Shown: piece by piece, positions 61,989 to 64,000 of the stretch
How the letters are laid out: each line of letters starts with the position of its first letter
Numbering within the stretch: the first letter of the stretch is position 1
Origin: Thermoleophilaceae bacterium
GTDB lineage: Bacteria; Actinomycetota; Thermoleophilia; Solirubrobacterales; Thermoleophilaceae
Assembly: GCA_030448005.1 (NCBI GenBank)
Contig: JAUJNT010000005.1
Coordinates: 23,710 to 87,709, forward strand
DNA: 64,000 bases
Reading direction: 5' to 3'
Notes under the pieces: generated by a model
What the model was told of the DNA's origin: nothing
Seen by the model: the letters and a program-made list of their open reading frames with translations, nothing else
The model's database searches: none
Program-made: the position numbers and the translations under genes

Positions 61989-63337
61989 GCGCCGCCCTGC
62001 GCCGTCCCTTCAGCTCCCTGCAGGTGCCGAACTACAGGCGGTACTTCACCGGCCAGGTCGTCTCGCTGAGCGGCAACTGGATGCAGATCGTGGCCGAGAT
62101 CTGGCTCGTGCTGGAGCTTACCGGCAGCGGCGTGGCCGTCGGGCTCACCACCGCGAGCCAGTTCCTTCCTATCCTCCTCTTCGGCGCCTACGGTGGCCTG
62201 CTCGCCGATCGCTTCGACAAGCGCCGCCTGCTCATGTTGACGCAGGCTGCAATGGCAATTCCGGCGCTCGCCCTGTTTACCCTCGCCGTGACCGGCCTCG
62301 CGGAGGCGTGGATGGTGATCGCGCTCGCCTTCGTGCGGGGCACGGTCAACTCGCTCGACAACCCGGCACGACAGAGCTTCGTGATCGAGATGGTGGGCAG
62401 CGAACGGGTGGTGAACGCGGTGAGCCTGAACAGCGTCATCGTGCACTGTGCCCGGATGGCGGGGCCGGCGGTGGCCGGTGTGCTGATCGCCTCCGTAGGC
62501 GTCGAGGCCTGCTTTCTGTTGAATGCGGTCTCCTTCGCCGCGATGCTCGCGGCGCTCGGCCTGATGTCGCCCGCCGAGCTGAGCACGCCGCCTCGCGTCC
62601 CACGTGAGCGCGGCGCGCTGCGCGCCGCGCTGCGCTATGCGATGGCGACGCCGGCGCTCGCGGTGCCGCTGGCCATGATGGCGCTGGTCGGCACGCTCAG
62701 CTTCAACTTCCAGGTCCTGCTGCCGTTGCTTGCCCGCTTCACCTTCCACGGGGGTCCGCAGACATACGCGCTGCTTGTGACGGCCATGGGCGTCGGCTCG
62801 GTGGCCGGCGCGCTGGTGGCGGGCGCGCGCGGGCGTGTGACACCGGGGCTGCTCGTGGCGGCGAGCGCCGCCTTCGGTGGGTTCACGGTGCTGGCGGCCG
62901 CGGCGCCGACGCTGGCGCTGACGGCCGTGGCGCTGGTGCTGATCGGGGCTGCGAGCGTGACCTTTGCGGCCGGGGTCAACTCGAGCCTGCAACTGGCCGT
63001 CGAGCCCGCGATGCGGGGGCGCGTGATGGCGCTCTACTCGGTCGTCTTCCTCGGCTCGACTCCGATCGGCGCTCCCATCGCAGGGGCGCTCTCGCAGGCG
63101 GCGGGACCGCGCGCGGGGCTGCTGCTGAGCGCCGCAGCCGCGCTGACCGCCGCGTCCGTGGCCTACGCCGTGCTGCGCAGGCGCGGACAGTCGCTTGCCA
63201 TCCGGCCGGCTGCCCCGGCGCCGGCGTGCGAGGCGCCCCGCCGGCCCACGCGCGCTACCCGACCGGGACGAGCGTGCCCGGAAGCGGCGGGGCCTCGAGC
63301 AGCCGAGCCACGCGACGCGCCTGTCCGAGCGAGCTGA
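61985..63337 (+). CDS. MFS transporter
   Basis: About 12 TM helices, LADRFDKRRLL loop motif. GTGA overlap with marR. Confidence 0.88.
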   Translation: MSAALRRPFSSLQVPNYRRYFTGQVVSLSGNWMQIVAEIWLVLELTGSGVAVGLTTASQFLPILLFGAYGGLLADRFDKRRLLMLTQAAMAIPALALFTLAVTGLAEAWMVIALAFVRGTVNSLDNPARQSFVIEMVGSERVVNAVSLNSVIVHCARMAGPAVAGVLIASVGVEACFLLNAVSFAAMLAALGLMSPAELSTPPRVPRERGALRAALRYAMATPALAVPLAMMALVGTLSFNFQVLLPLLARFTFHGGPQTYALLVTAMGVGSVAGALVAGARGRVTPGLLVAASAAFGGFTVLAAAAPTLALTAVALVLIGAASVTFAAGVNSSLQLAVEPAMRGRVMALYSVVFLGSTPIGAPIAGALSQAAGPRAGLLLSAAAALTAASVAYAVLRRRGQSLAIRPAAPAPACEAPRRPTRATRPGRACPEAAGPRAAEPRDAPVRAS

Positions 63338-63971
63338 AACCGCCGATCTGGGCGCCGGTCCGCCCGTCGAGGCCCTGCGGGTTCTCGCGGGAGTCCACGC
63401 TTGCCAGCGCGACGATCCGGTCGTCCAGCGTGATCGCGAAGCGCTGAAGCGCTGCGTCCGGGTCGCCAGCGGGCGCCCCCGATCCGCGCTCGGCGACCCG
63501 CCGCGTGAGCGCTGCGAAGGACCCCCGCCCCGCATCGGTGAAGTCAAAGACCACGACGGGCTCCGCGGTCTGCCGGTCGGCCTGAGCCTTCGGCCGGGCG
63601 ATGCCCGAGCGCGAGAGCTCGACATCGTCCTCGAGGACGAAGAATCGCTCGACGCCCCGCCGCTCCCCCGGGGGGCGCTCCGCCTGAACGATGGTGATGC
63701 CCTGAGGGACCGTGAGCGTGCGGCTGCCAGGCGCCTTCGCGCCGCCCGCGCCGGCCAGCGTGCCTCGATTCGTGGCCGGTCCGGCGATCACCCGCCGGTC
63801 GGCCCCGAAGAGGTAGTAGCGCGGTCCCGAGCTGTCGTTCAGCCGGTCCGCCTTCGCTGGAGAGGTCCCTCCCGGGGCGCCCGGCCGGATGTCGGTGCTC
63901 TCGGCTCGTGGAGACATACGGGAGGCCGTCTGCACTGCCTGAAATAGCGCGGTCGAACCGGAGAACGGCAC
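63255..63971 (-). CDS. SecD periplasmic (P1) domain-like protein without TM segments, possibly a gene fragment
   Basis: FAITLDDRIVALASV...GAQIGGFSSLGQARRVARLLEAPPLPGTL mirrors the SecD P1 head. No N-terminal or C-terminal TM helices in the ORF. Overlaps the MFS 3' end by 83 nt. Confidence 0.45.
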   Translation of the reverse strand: MPFSGSTALFQAVQTASRMSPRAESTDIRPGAPGGTSPAKADRLNDSSGPRYYLFGADRRVIAGPATNRGTLAGAGGAKAPGSRTLTVPQGITIVQAERPPGERRGVERFFVLEDDVELSRSGIARPKAQADRQTAEPVVVFDFTDAGRGSFAALTRRVAERGSGAPAGDPDAALQRFAITLDDRIVALASVDSRENPQGLDGRTGAQIGGFSSLGQARRVARLLEAPPLPGTLVPVG

Positions 63972-64000
63972 ATCGACTACACGTCGCCCGACCGCGTTCG

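Overview
This is a high-GC (about 70% by eye) Actinomycetota-type chromosomal segment. GTG/TTG starts are frequent and many neighbouring genes overlap by 1-4 nt at stop/start. No homology search was run, so every family call comes from motifs read by eye in the supplied translations and DNA.

Layout:
- (1) 1-10.96 kb: an ion-homeostasis cluster. It holds a CPA1 antiporter, a CPA2 antiporter with a CBS protein, an ArsB/NhaD-like permease, two APC permease-USP fusions, two TrkA-type subunits and an FAD oxidoreductase.
- (2) 11-21.2 kb: tRNA-Gln(CUG), which the ORF track hides; a cupredoxin lipoprotein; a heterodimeric ABC exporter; an SRPBCC protein; a LysM protein; a PD40-propeller/metallophosphoesterase fusion; and ettA.
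- (3) 22.38-32.27 kb: a ~9.85 kb integrative element inserted in the 3' half of tRNA-Met(CAU), bounded by a perfect 47-nt direct repeat. It carries a tyrosine integrase, two HTH_17-type DNA binders and a Toprim + RepA-like primase/helicase. It also has an HNH nuclease, a Cys/His peptidase-like protein, a frameshifted gene and several tightly coupled unknowns. An 18-nt palindromic motif occurs twice. A 48-aa tail-anchored peptide has a paralog outside the element. A Panacea (DUF4065)-domain gene is coupled to a 99-aa RelE/ParE-like ORF next to the tRNA. This is the accessory region most worth follow-up.
- (4) 33.6-51.75 kb: housekeeping genes. These are ftcD-like, an MBL hydrolase, hisS, aspS, a NifU-like::mnmA fusion, an anti-sigma/sigma pair, a peptide SBP, alaS behind a 550-nt repeat-filled leader, ruvX, mltG, aroE and a PilB/GspE ATPase.
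- (5) 51.74-53.0 kb: a decayed patch with an RTX-repeat remnant, a 39-nt tandem repeat, and a ComB-like pseudogene carrying a 32-bp duplication.
- (6) 53-64 kb: AlkZ-like protein, NhaP-type antiporter, thioesterase, FMO, cyclophilin, HAD-IIA, ArsC/Spx, a marR-MFS cassette and a SecD-P1-like fragment.

No CRISPR array, rRNA or transposase was seen.
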